Source: Squalus acanthias
Taxonomy: Eukaryota
DNA: 64,000 bases
Reading direction: 5' to 3'
Assembly (NCBI GenBank): GCA_030390025.1
Contig: CM059432.1
Location: 40,426,001-40,490,000 of the forward strand
In this document: in pieces, positions 24,181 through 36,600 of the stretch
How the letters are laid out: each line of letters opens with the position of its first letter
Position numbering within the stretch: position 1 is the first letter of the stretch
Program-made: the position numbers and the translations under genes
Notes under the pieces: generated by a model
What the model was told of the DNA's origin: nothing
Database searches by the model: none
The model's input: the letters and a program-made list of their open reading frames with translations, nothing else

Positions 24181-25937
24181 AGATGGTGGCAAGCTGATGA
24201 GAGCGCAGATCAGAGAACTGGGTGCAGTGGTCACTGCACTCAATTTGTGGTGCTCCCAGTTTTCCACTCATTAAAATTTTAATGCAGCCTTTGCAGTTCT
24301 GAAATTAGAAGATAGAAGATTGTGATCTGGAGATGGCTTACCACCTAGGTTCCTTCCCTTTCCATGGGAAAGCACTGGGTCTTCACTTGGCATTTGTTAA
24401 CAGTGATACAATGAGATTGAAAATTCAAATTCAAAGGTGCAGGGAAATCACTGGCATCAACCCACATACAATCACTCTGGCACCTCATAGAACCACTAGT
24501 TAGCAAGGCCATATCGGTTTATATGTTGTCAATATGCTAGGGCCAAATTTCCTCTTTAGTTATGCAGGAACAGAAAATTGGATGGGAAGCCATTCCTCGA
24601 GCTCTCCGACACCACTTCCAGGATTTCTCACCAGCAATGATGTCAGGCATTCAATGGATCCACCCAAGTATGCGTGGGTGTATTGTAATTATACGCAAAT
24701 GACAGCAATACATTATACAACAAATTTCCTGTCATTTGCACCTTAGTAACACTGGGCGCTAGAACACTTTGTGTTCCGGGCATCCAGAGTTGTTATGGGC
24801 TGCGGGGGGGCCGAATTAAAAATTAAAGGGCCACCAGATTTGAAAAAGTATTTCACTTTTTTTCTTATATATTTTGTTGGTGTCGTGGGCCACAGTACAC
24901 TGACAGATGCCACAGCCATTTCCCTCCCCCCCACTTCCCCCAAAGGTGACCAAGTCTCACTGAAAACAGTACTAAATTAATTCTAATTATGCTGACCCCA
25001 GGAAACCAGACAAGATCAGGGGTGGCCTAGAGCAAGTGAACATTACATCCTGCCTAAGTTATGTTGTCATTGCAGTCAACAGGAAATTCTGCCCGTTACT
25101 CATTTCTTAATTTTTTTTGTTCCCATTACCCTTTCATATTCTAAAAGAGGTTCGGCTGTAAAACTTGTTATTCCAAGTTTTTTCCATAGGGTGGCACTGT
25201 TTCCAAATAACAGGACAAGAACTGCTGTTATTCATGCTGCAGGGGTGACACTGTAACCTCTGTCAGCCTGATACAACAAACACAGATAGAAGATATACTT
25301 GGCTTCAATTCTCCTCTGCCATCCTGCCTGAAATCAGACAGGAAAGCGACAGAAAACGGGGCAAAATTAGTCAGCGAGGCCGAATGCCATATCCCTGCCC
25401 CAACCTCAATTTCCTCCCTCGCTTCTGCCAGGATGGCCGCTGGCTGCCTCTTTCCTGCTTGCTGTATGAAAGTGCCAGTGTGGAGGCAGGTTCTTGCAAG
25501 CCGCTCCATTTCCCGGTGTACTGCCATTATCTCCACGAACACGAGGAGAAAGGTGGCGGTAAAAGATCCCGGGGTAGCTGCAGTAAGCCTCCAAGTCACT
25601 GCACAGAGGGAGAGGGCATAGTCGTGGGCTCCTTCCCCTCCATAACAACCCTAACCACCAACTCTTTTTGGGGCCTCGATCTCAGCCAAGGCCTAAAATA
25701 ATTTATTCTCACGGCTCCTCCACCCCTTTAAGTCCCCGGCTGCCTCTACAGGTGCTGTAGTGGTGGTGTCAGCAGAATTTTCAGGGTTGGTAGCAGCGGG
25801 CTCGCTCTTGGTGGTGTGGATCCTGCCGGGGGCCCACACCCCACATGACAAATGAGCCCCGACCCAGAAGAACGGGTCGGGATTATGGTGGGGTCAGGGT
25901 GGCGGGCAGAAGTGCCTTCCTGCTACTACTCCGCCAG

Positions 25938-28900
25938 CAAGGAGTGAATCGAGCCCATCATCCGCAGTGCAGCGAACCTGGTCAGGAACAGAGAGGAGAG
26001 CCGGATATAAGGAGCGGTGGAGAGTAACCCCAGACTCGCAGAGCAGCGAACCTGGTCGGGAACAGAGAGGAGAGCCGGAATAACAACAGAAAATACTGAC
26101 AACACTGAGCAGGTCAGGCAGCATCCGTGGAGAGAGAAAAACAGAGTTAGCATTTCAGGTCGATGACCCTTCGTCAGAACTGGAAAAAGTTAGAGATGTA
26201 ACAGATTTTTAAGCAGGTGTAGGGGCAGGGAAAGGGAGGAGGGGAGGAAAGAACAAAGGGAAGGTCTGTGATAGGGTGGAAGGCAGGAGAGATTAAGAGA
26301 CAAAAGGGATGATGGTGCAAGGCAAAAGGAGATGGTAATGGGACAAGACAAGACACAAAAGATGACTAGATGAGGTGTAAATGGCAATGGCAGAATCATC
26401 AACAGCTGCCATGTGAGAAAATAAAAATAAAAAATATTTAAAAAATATAAGGGCAGAGGTTATGGTCTGAAATTGTTAAACTCGCTGTTGAGTCCAGGAG
26501 GCTGTAAAGTGCCTAATCGAAAGATGAGGTGCTGTTCCTCGAGCTTACGTTGAGCTTCATTGGAACAGTGCAAGAGGCAGAGGACGGTGAGGTCTGAGTG
26601 GGAGTGAAGTGGAGAATTAAAGTGACAGGCGACCGGAAGCTTGGGGTCACACTTATGGACAGAACAGAGGTGTTCCGCAAAGCAGTCACCCAATTTGCAT
26701 TTGGTCTCCCCAATGTAGAGGAGACCGCATCGTGAGCAGCGAATACAGTATACTAAATTGCAAGAAGTACAAGTAAATCGCTGTTTCACCTGAAAGGAGG
26801 GTTTGGGGCCCTGGACAGTGGAAAGGGAGGAGGTAAAAGGGCAGGTGTTGCATCTCCTGCGCTTACACGGGAAGATGCTGAGAGAAGGGGTGTTGGGGGT
26901 GATAGAGGAGTGGACCAGGGTGTCGCGGAGGGAGTGTTCCCTTCGGAATGCCGAAAGGAGAGGGGAGGGGAAGATGTGTTTGGTGGTGGGATCACACTGG
27001 AGGTGGCGGAAATGGCGGAGGATGATCCGTTGAATGTGGAGGCTGGTGAGGTGAAAGGTGAGGACAAGGGGAACCCTATCGTGGTTCCGGGAGGGAGAGG
27101 AAGCGGTGAGAGCAGAAGTGCAGGAAATAGAACGGACACGGTCAAGGGTCGTGTCAACCACGGTAGAGGGGAATCCTCGGTTGAAGAAAAAGGAAGACAT
27201 ACCGGAAGCACTTGTATGAAAGGTGGCGTTGTCAGAGCAGATGCGGTGGAGACGGAAAAACTGGGAGAATGGAATAGAGACCTTACAGGAAGCGGGGTGG
27301 GAGGAAGTGTAGTCCAGGTAGCTGTGGGAGTCAGTGGGCTTATAGTGAATGTTTGTCAATAACCTATCCCCAGAGATGGAGACGGAGAAGTCAAGGAACC
27401 ATGTGAAGGTGAGGGAAGGGTGGAAATTGGAAGTGAATTAAATTTTCTAGTCCATAGCGAGAGCAGGAAACGGCACCGATACACTCATCACTGTACCGGA
27501 AAAAGAGGTGAGGGAGGGGACCTGAGTAGGTCTGGAACAAAGAATGTTCCACATATCCCACGAAAAGGCAGGCATAGCTCGGAGCCATGCGGGTTCCCAT
27601 AGCAACACCTTTAATTTGGAGGATGTGAGTGGAATCAAAGAAGAAGTTGTTCAATGTGAGAACAAGTTCAGCCAGGCGGAGGAGGGTGGTGGTGGATGGG
27701 GACTGGTTGGGCCTCTGTTCAAGGAAGAAGCGGAGCGCCCTCAGGCCATCCTGGTGGGGGATGGAGGTGTAGAGGGATTGGACGTCCATAGTGAAAAGAA
27801 GACGGTTGGGGCCAGGAAACTGTTAAAGTGGCGGAGGGCGTCGGAAGAGTCGCAAATGTAGATGGGAAGAGAAAAAATAGAGTCGAGATAGGAAGAAATC
27901 AGTTCTGTGGGGCAAGAACAGGCTGAAATGATGGGTCTACCAGGGCAGCCCTGTTTGTGGATCTTGGGAAGGAGGTAGACTATGAGGTTGACAACCATGG
28001 AGGGAAGATTTCCAGAGAAGATGAGGTCAGTGACAGTCTTGGAAACAATGGCTTGATGTTTGGTAGTGGGGTCATGGTCCAGGGGGAGGTAGGAAGAGGT
28101 GTCAGAGAGTTGGTGTTCAGCCTCCGCATGGTAGAGGTCAGTTCGCCAAACAACAACAGCACCACCCTTGTCAGCAGATTTAATGGGAGAGGCAGATATA
28201 AGGAGTGGCGGGGAGAAGCCCCAGACTCACAGAGTAGCGAATCTGGTCGGGAACAGAGAGGAGAGAGAAAAATAAAATCCAGGAGTGACATCACAGGATA
28301 GCTGGTAACTGATTGGTTGGTAAAGGTCACATTGTTTTTTTGCTCTTCAAGTTAGGGGCCGGGGTTAAATAGTTGGCGAGGAATTAAGCAGAAACTTGAA
28401 GATTAGTAACAGTTAATACTATATTAAATTAGTTACTGTTATATTATATTAATAACTTGAATCAGATACATCTTAGTCTTAAGTTTCTGTAAGTTAGTTA
28501 ATAGTCTATTAAATAGAGGCATGGCAGGTCAGCTCAGTCCCATGGAATGCACATCCTGTGCCATGAGGGAAATCCAGGACACTTCCCGTGTCCTGGACAA
28601 CCACGTGTGCAGGAGGTATCGTCAGCTGGAGGAACTCGAGCTCTGGGTTTTGGAGCTTGAGCAGAATTTGGCATCACTGCAGTGTATCCATGAGGCTGAG
28701 AGCTTCGTGGATAGCACGTTTCAGGAGGTGGTCACCCCACAGATAAGGAGTGCGCAGGCAGAGAGGGAATGGGTGACCGCCAGACAGAAAAGGAGGACCA
28801 GGCAGCTAGTGCAGGAGTCCCCTGAGTGTATCTCGCTCTCCAACCAGTATTCGGTTTCGAGTACTGGTGAGGGCAATGGTTCTTCTGGGGAGTACAGCCA

Positions 28901-30023
28901 GAGACAAGTCCGCGACACCACAGGGTGGCTCAGCTGTACAGCGGGGGAGGAAGAAGCGTGGGAGAGCAATAGTGGTAGGGGATTCGATAGTTAGGGGAGC
29001 AAACAGGCGTTACTGCGGCCGCAGACATGACTCCAGGATGATATGTTGCCTCCCTGGTACCAGGGTCGAGGATGTCACTGAGCGGCTGCAGAACATTTGG
29101 AGGGGGAAGGGTGAACAGCCAGAGGTCGTGGTCCATAATGGTACCAATGACATAGGTAGAAAGAGGGATGCGGTCCTGCAGGCAGATTTTAGGGAGCTAC
29201 GAAAGATTAAAATGCATGACCTCAAAGGTAGTAATCTCCGGATTGCTCCCGATGCCATGTGCAAGTGAATATAGAAATAGGAGGATAGAGCAGGTGAATG
29301 TGTGGCTGGAGAGATGGTGCAGGAGGGAGGGCTTCAGATTCCTGGGGCATTGGGGCTGATTCTGGGGGAGGTGGGACCCGTATAGGTCGGACAGGTTGCA
29401 CCTCAACAGGGCCGGAACCAATATCCTCATGGGGAGGTTTGCTAGTGCTGTTGGGGAGGGTTTAAACTAATTTGGCAGGGGGATGGGCACCACACTGTAA
29501 CATTAGAAAGGGGAAATAAAGTGCTCAAAGAATTGGGAGAGGCAGAGAGCACTAAAGTAAGAAATAGTAAGGTATTAGGTGGGGTCCAACTAAGAGAGAA
29601 TACAGGATGGTCTAAGATGGATTTACAGTGTACGTGTGTGAACACACGAAGCGTAGTAAACAAGGTAAGTGAGCTGCAGGAACAAATAGCCACATGGGAA
29701 TATGATGTGGCAATAACTGAGACCTGGCTCAAAAAAGGGCAGGATTGGGTATTAAATATTCCTGGTTATAAGGTGTTCAGGAAAGATAGGGAAGGAAAGA
29801 TAGGAGGTGGTGTGGCAGTATTGGTTAAGGAGAGTGTTACAGTGCTGGAGAGGGAGGATGTCCTGGAGGGGTCAAGGACAGAATCTATATGGTTAGAGTT
29901 AAGAAATAATAGAGGTGCCATTACACTACTAGGTGTATTCTATAGACCACCAAATAGTGGGATAGATATGGAGGAGCAAATTTGCAGAGAAATTACAGAG
30001 AGGTGCAAGAACAATAGAGTAGT
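25938..30023 (+). mobile_element. CR1 LINE 5' part (tandem-repeat 5' UTR, ORF1, EN), 3'-truncated and interrupted by Penelope
   Basis: 5' UTR repeats of about 74 bp; GTGACATCAC/CTGATTGG motifs; ORF1 at 28521 with GDS and GTND esterase motifs; EN ITETWL...FYRPP; homology stops near 30023. Confidence 0.88.
26079..28184 (-). mobile_element. Penelope-like element (Neptune-type), 5'-truncated, decayed RT + GIY-YIG
   Basis: YLLPKIHK...GRPI, DVQSLYT, GVAMGTRMAPSYA, Cys linker CKRRRCNTC, VYCIRC...YIGET; pLTR with hammerhead core at 26143-26183. Confidence 0.92.
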
Positions 30024-30559
30024 ATGTCCTCCTTTTGTGCATAAACTTCTATTATTCTATGATTTCAGCTGCTCTGATACACCTCCTAGCAGGCAGCTAC
30101 AGGTAGAGACTTGGGAACAGGTCATGTTGGGCACAGTACATGATACAGGAAGACCTAAAGAGTAGGGATGGGGAGAAATAATAAAATAACACACACATCT
30201 ACACAAAAATTAAACTGCTCGAACAAAAATCATAAACTAACACACATATACACAAAAACGAATCTGATGTTAGAAAAACTGCATGGTGGTGTTTGGATTT
30301 GCAACACACTTGAAAATTTCAGATGCCCAGGCATTGTGCCATTATCAAGCTTTGTGCATAGTGTTTTAATATACAGTGCACTGGAAAAACAACATTATTT
30401 GCTTGCTTTCTCTCACTCCAAAAATCCACACCCAGTTTGAAAATTGGGCCATCGGTTTCAGAAGAAATTACTGAAGCAAAGGAAACAGGTAGCAGGAACA
30501 ATACCTAAGGAACAAAGGGATGACATAATTCATTGTGCTGTTCCCAGAGCTGTCGTTAC

Positions 30560-30740
30560 CTTTGTCGCACTTGTATCCAGCGTAGCCTGGTTTGCAGTCA
30601 CAGCTGAAAGAACCCCATTCTCCTAAACACTTTCCATGAATGCCACAGGAGAATGTTCCAGCGCTGTGGCAGACTCCATCAGTCACGGCACAGCCTGGGG
30701 CGCTGTTTAGGAACTCTGCAGGATTTCCCAGGTCGTACAC
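30560..30740 (-). CDS. cadherin exon 15, EGF2 (VYDLGNP...CDCKPGYAGYKCDK)
   Basis: AG/GT flanks, 181 nt. Confidence 0.92.
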
Positions 30741-31464
30741 CTAGCATCAGAGAGAAATTGCCAGTTTAGGATTTTCACGTGAAGTTTAAATGTTATTGTA
30801 GCACCATATAAATGGGAAACTTTTCAAATTAAAAACACAGTTACTATTTAGGGTATAAATTAAATCATCTAATCTTAAATAACTGTAATTGACACTTACA
30901 ATAAGCATGAATGAATATTGACGAGGATTGAATATTTCACCTCTCAAGCATGTAGAATTTCTAGAATATCAACAAGCATGTTGGTATTATTTTAATTTTT
31001 TGTAACTTAGATTTTCCTCCCTTGTCCCTCTTTCAATCTCTCCATCAAGTCGGAGGGCAGGGATGTGACCTGTTGCCAGGTCTAAGAACATAAGAACATA
31101 AGAAATAGGAGCAGGAATAGGCCACTTGGCCCCTCGAGCCTGCTCCGCCATTCAATAAGATCATGGCTGATCTTGGACTCAAAGCCACCTGCCTGCCTGC
31201 TCCGCATAACCCTTCACTATAAGAACATAAGAAATAGGAGCAGTGATACCCTGGAACTGCCTGTGAGGGAGTGAATGAGAACAGCGTCTAATCTAATTAA
31301 AAAGGAAAATAATTTCAAGTACAATAGCACTAGGTGAAGTGTGGTCAGCCAGAACAGAGTGCGGCTACATGCTCACACCCTCCTGCAGCCTGACTCCATT
31401 GCTCGTATAGTGATAGAGCTGACAGATTCAATATCACCTCTGTCACTCAAACTGATATGAAGGG

Positions 31465-32464
31465 AAGTGAGAAGTCGCACAACACCAGGTTATAGTCCAA
31501 CAGTTTTATTTGAAATCACAAGCTTTCGGAGCTGCTGCCCCTTCGTCAGCTGAAGTAAAGGAATACGAATCGACAAAGCATATATAGATAGAGAACAATG
31601 CATGTGTAGCGTACAATGTCAGATGACTACATTTAATCCTCCTGACTGCCTTTCGTCACACCTCGGCAGAGAAACAATCAGGTCAGTCAGGAAGGCACCA
31701 CATCAAAGACATAGCAAGATACAACTGAGACAATGAGGTGGGGTTACAGGGGGTCTAATGTGTCAAATGCTGCAGTCTGTATGGAAAACCATAAACTTTA
31801 AAATTTTTACTTTTTTTTTAACTGGAAATCACATCTGTGAACAAGCCAACGACGACTCGAGTCTGGATGACTTTACGTCATGTAGCGTGACATGAACCCT
31901 AGATCCCGGTTGAGGCCGTCCTCATGAGTGCGGAACTTGGCTATCAGTTTCTGCTCGATGATTTTGCGTTGTCGTGTGTCTCGAAGGCCGCCTTGGAGAA
32001 CGCTTACCCGCAGATCCGTAAAGTCATCCAGACTCGAGTCGTTGTTGGCTTGTTCACAGATGTGATTTCCAGAAAAAAAAAGTTAAAATTTTAAAGTTTA
32101 TGGTTTTCCATACAGACTGCAGCATTTGACACATTAGACCCCCTGTAACCCCACCTCATTGTCTCAGTTGTATCGTGCTATGTCTTTGATGTGGTGCCTT
32201 CCTGGCTGACCTGATTGTTTCTCTGCCGAGGTGTGACGAAAGGCAGTCAGGAGGATTAAATGTAGTCGTCTGACATTGTACGCTACACATGCATTGTTCT
32301 CTATCTATATATGCTTTGTCGATTCGTATTCCTTTACTTCACCTGACGAAGGGGCAGCAGCTCCGAAAGCTTGTGATTTCAAATAAAACTGTTGGACTAT
32401 AACCTGGTGTTGTGCGACTTCTCACTTTTGTCCACCCCAGTCCAACACCGGCATCTCCGCATCA
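31465..32464. mobile_element. Penelope insertion forming a long inverted repeat of about 412-bp arms
   Basis: Arms 31465-31877 and 32017-32427; the spacer encodes a GIY-YIG C-terminus on minus; 12-bp TSD TGATATGAAGGG. Confidence 0.9.
32339..32376 (+). ncRNA. minimal type I hammerhead ribozyme motif in pLTR
   Basis: TCAC-CTGACGA-A-GGGGC-AGCA-GCTCC-GAAA-GCTT-GTGA: intact core boxes, stem I TCAC/GTGA, palindromic AAGCTT stem III. Confidence 0.7.
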
Positions 32465-32539
32465 TGATATGAAGGGGGCTAGGAACAGCTGGGTTAAGCG
32501 TGCATTCGAGCAATTTTGAAAAATAGGGGCTAGCTGGCA

Positions 32540-32755
32540 GTAATTTAACACACTCGCCTTTCATCTCTGAAGCTTAAGATCATATCAAGTTTATGCTGAT
32601 GGGATGAAGAACTCCTTTGTTTATTGGCTCATTTGGGTTTGAGTACAGACGTTAGTTTGGGCAATCAATAATCCAATGCCTGGTGAGTACTGAACCACAC
32701 TGAAAAATAACTGCCCACAATTCAGGAACAAATTAGCAATCTTACTCAGGAAGGT
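32540..32755 (+). mobile_element. ancient LF-SINE-like remnant (second remnant near 61135-61235)
   Basis: GCCTTTCAyCTCT...CTGATGGGATGAA...CTGCCCACAATT pattern recalled from LF-SINE; heavily diverged. Confidence 0.4.
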
Positions 32756-33465
32756 TACTGGGATGACGAGTGTGAGAAGTGAAAAAAGTAACAGTGGTGT
32801 AGTGGGAAGATGAGCAGATGGGAAGATCTATGAAAAAGGGACAGGGTTTGTTGGGCCTTGTCATAAATCGCAAGTAACAACTCAGGAAGTACTACTGGGT
32901 GGCCAGCTGGGGCGCCGTCCAGGGAGTATAAATACTCAGGCATGGGCCCACCTTGGGCAGAGACAATCTGGAAACAGGAAGCTAGTGACTGCTAACTAGA
33001 CCTCCATGTTTTGTTACAAGTTGATTAAAGCCTTGCTTTATGTTCAAGTGCGTAGTGAGTCTTTATTACGTCAGGCCTTTTCCCAAAAATTCTTGTGTTC
33101 CAGGGGTAGATTTTCAACTTGCCAGCTGAGCGTTAAACTTGCATATTGCCCACCTCTTATACAAACCACCTGCATTTTATTTCCATTGAAATCAATTAAA
33201 TGAAAATCAGGCAGTTTCCATAATGGGCAGCTAATCTGCAACAGCAGTTTTCGGACTGGAAGGCAAGATAAAAATCTACCCTTATATAGTATATAAAAGT
33301 ATCTTTCAAAGGGATGAAGGTAGATTATTACTGATTTTATATAAATACAAATAAAGCACAAAATTTTTTAGGGTCTTAAGGGAAGTGGAAAGTCTCAATC
33401 CTCAGCCAACGTTGCCACAATAAGTTATGAGATAGCAGCAACCATTCACAGCAGAGAGTGCTTAC

Positions 33466-33589
33466 CTTACTATCAACAATCAGATTCCTTATACAGCCCA
33501 TGAATCCTGTGAAACGCAGTTGGTCATTGCGATATGGCAGTGACTCCTTGATTCCGCCCAACTGAAGGGGTTGGTAAACATTTAGAAAC
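33466..33589 (-). CDS. cadherin exon 14, laminin-G 1 end (FLNVYQPLQLGG...GFMGCIRNLIVDSK)
   Basis: AG/GTAAG flanks, 124 nt, LamG GCI motif. Confidence 0.92.
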
Positions 33590-34604
33590 CTGACAGAGAA
33601 AAAAGCAGCTCAGGATGTTTCCTCAGCAAATCTGAACAACACAGTACAAAAATTGAAAGGACAAAGCAAACCAGGACAGAAAATCCTTGTGGTGGCCTTT
33701 CAAAATCATTAAAAAAAAATTGTTGCCACATTCGAATCAACCTTGTCCAGCCTTTGACTCGCTTGACAGTTCAAACATAACTTTTTGTTTAAATCATTGT
33801 CCTGAAGATGGTACATCTGCTTGACCATTTTCCTTTATGTAGGGCCACCACTATATACTGCTGTGCACAATTCCAAGTGCAAAAAATAGTTTGACTTTTA
33901 AGAAAGATGATGCCATGAAGATAATGGCCACACAATTCTGCGTTGCGGTTTGTGTCCCCATTATGCCAGCTAGGCGGAACGGTGTTTGCTGGTGAATTGT
34001 GCTGAAAATCGCGGGGTCAGCTCATTTTAATATGCATTAGTGGGAGAAGAATGCAACTCCTGTGCAACACAGGAGTAAATCACTGCGGGCCGGGGGTGGG
34101 GCTATGGCGGGGGGGGGGATAGAAGGAAACTTGTTGCTGCAGAGTTTAAAAGCATGAAGCAACTTAAGATGGCAGCAAGTTTTTTTTGGAGGTACAGCAG
34201 GTAAGTGGTGCACGTTGTACTGTTTTCTCCCCTAGGTTTTGTCATCTGTGTGCCCTAACTCTGAGGAATCCAAGCTTAGATGGATCCCTGACAGATATTG
34301 CATAAGTCCCCGGTTGCAGCTTTGGAAGGTGCCCGCAGTTACCTATAACCATGAGCAGAGCTGTTCTATTACTTGATCAGGGCTGTGGGTCATTGTGCAT
34401 ATGGTGGGATAGCTCATCCATGGCTTATTTAGTGAAACAAGGTCACTGAAGGCAGAGCACCTCACTCACTTCCCCATAAGATTTGTTGTGTCTGGATACT
34501 TGTTGTGAAGGGGTAACAGTGAGTTGGCCTCATACTTCCTTTGATGCTGCCTCACTCTCCTTTGCTCCCTTCTGTTTTCCACTTCTTCCTTTTTTCTCCA
34601 TCAG

Positions 34605-34970
34605 GATACTTTTATAAATCACTGGTTAAGCCTCAACTGGAGTATTGTGTCCAATTCTGGGCACTGCACTGCGGGAAAGATGTCAAGGCCTTGGAGAGGG
34701 TGTAGAGATGATGTACTAGAATGTTACCAGGGATGAGGGACTTCAGTTATGTGGCAAGACTAGAGAAGTTGGGGTTGTTCTCCTTAGAGCAGAGAAGCTT
34801 AACTGGACCAGTTATATCAACACCGTGGCTATAACAGCAGGGTGAGTACTCTGCAATGAGCAGCTCAGATCTGGACCATCAAAGCCTCTCCACCATTTAT
34901 GAGGCTCAAATCAGGAGTATGATGGAATATTCATCACTTGTCTGGATGCATGAAACTGCAACAACACTCC
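34605..34970 (+). mobile_element. CR1 fragment abutting an internal CR1-Zenon fragment
   Basis: [14 protein letters not shown] segment to about 34800, then similarity to 55573-55752. Confidence 0.7.
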
Positions 34971-35300
34971 TTTATGTGATTAAATAACAATGTGATTAAA
35001 TAACAAAAATGTATAGAGAGGGAATAATTTGATATAATATTTATAGCTTAAAAATGATAAATGGACTTCTCCATACTTGGGGCTTCATTTGGTGAGTAAC
35101 TCCTAGCCATAAACAAAGATATTCTGAAAGGTTCCAGCAAGAGAATGGCAAATAATGCGGCCCACTGACATTTCACTGTGAACTGAATCATATGTAATAA
35201 TAATTGAATGTACAATGCTGCAATCTCGTATCCAGGGGTGTTTGCTAATTCAACAGACCAAGGGTTATTATACTTCAAAATATGTGATCATATTGTTTAC

Positions 35301-35428
35301 CTCGCTTCTCCAGGGGTTTCCCCAGAAACTTCACAGACATTGCGGTCCATTTCTGACAAGCCTCTGCCAGTGCCTTCCTTCTCATTCACTGCAGCACCAG
35401 TGCAATGGTCAAGGATCATTTTCACTCT
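35301..35428 (-). CDS. cadherin exon 13, laminin-G 1 (RVKMILDHC...CEVSGETPGEAR)
   Basis: Not in the ORF track. AG/GT flanks, 128 nt, in phase with neighbours. Confidence 0.87.
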
Positions 35429-35486
35429 CTATAACGGTATTCAAAATTAAGATTTATTTGAATAATGTTCTACTGTATAGCACATA

Positions 35487-36368
35487 GGGGGAGAAATTCA
35501 GTATCGCCCCATTTGGGGCGCAATTATCGGCCGGGCGCAAAGATTAGCGCCTGGCGCTAATTATCGCCACCGACTGCAAACTTGACTTTTATCGCCCCTG
35601 GAGGTGATTGGAGCACTAAATCAGGTGCTTCACACCTGTCTTAAGGCGCAAAGGCCGAGGAGCGAGGCGCTACCTCAGAGCGCTGGCGAAGCTCATGTAA
35701 TGTCAGTCAGCAATGGAACACACGCACAATGGCACGGGCCAGTTCTTAAAGGGGATGGTTAATCTTGCTTTCCATCCACATCCTGCTCATTGCAGCCTTG
35801 AATCTCGGCCTGGAGAGACCTGCACATCAAATCTGCTGGAAAGAACAATGGAGAGTACCAGGCAAAGAGCTCAGAGTGCAGCCCCCACAGTCTCTTCTAA
35901 ATCGATACAAGGAATGGCAAATCAAAATGAACCTGCAAAGTGCTGCTCAGTACCCAGAACTCCTTCACACAATGTTGAATCTCTCCAGAAGTCTCTCTCT
36001 CTCTCTCTCAGAATGCGTAGTTCAAAAATGGCACCAACAATAAAAGGCAGGAAGCGGTCACCTTTAAATAGCACTCCCCCTTTCCCTTCATGACTGCAGC
36101 ACGCTCCCCTCAACCTGTCGTTGCTAGCGTCAGGCGGTAAGGCAGGGGGCGCCACTCAATATCCGCTCCGGGGCGTTGCGCACTCGACTGACGTCACGAT
36201 CTGCCGGCGCAGGAGATCGTGGCGGTAATGTTTCGTGCCGCCGCAAAATGTCTAGTTAATTTCGCGAGCGGTGCAAACTTCGCCGCGCCTGGGCGGTAGA
36301 TGCTTTGCGCCCCATTAGCGCCCTCTTAAGGCGCTAACGGGAGGCGCAACCAACTGAATTTTTCCCCC
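35487..36368. mobile_element. PIF/Harbinger-like MITE, GC/CpG-rich
   Basis: TIR GGGGGAGAAATTCAGT / ACTGAATTTTTCCCCC, 3-bp TSD ATA. Confidence 0.85.
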
Positions 36369-36600
36369 ATAGTCTTTTATGGGAACAATGTCATCCTTGG
36401 GAGTCAGTAACCACAGAATGATAAAGGTTATCTGGGAATCCGGAATACCCAAGACCTGGAGGCAAGTATATAAATTGAAAGGGGCTAAATTCACTGAAAT
36501 GAAGGATTTATTTGTTTTGGGCAGATTGTTTAACAACACATCAGTAGAAGACAAGTGGAACACCTTTAAAGGAATAATGCTGACCATATAGGATAAATAT

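Noticed and set aside
25968..28270. 74-bp repeats as a CRISPR-like array
   Set aside because: Eukaryotic context, no unique spacers; they are CR1 5' UTR tandem repeats split by a Penelope insertion.
32190..32260. Second hammerhead or SECIS element in the pLTR arm
   Set aside because: A stem is present, but the core reads CTGATTG rather than CTGANGA, and I found no SECIS spacing or in-frame UGA context.
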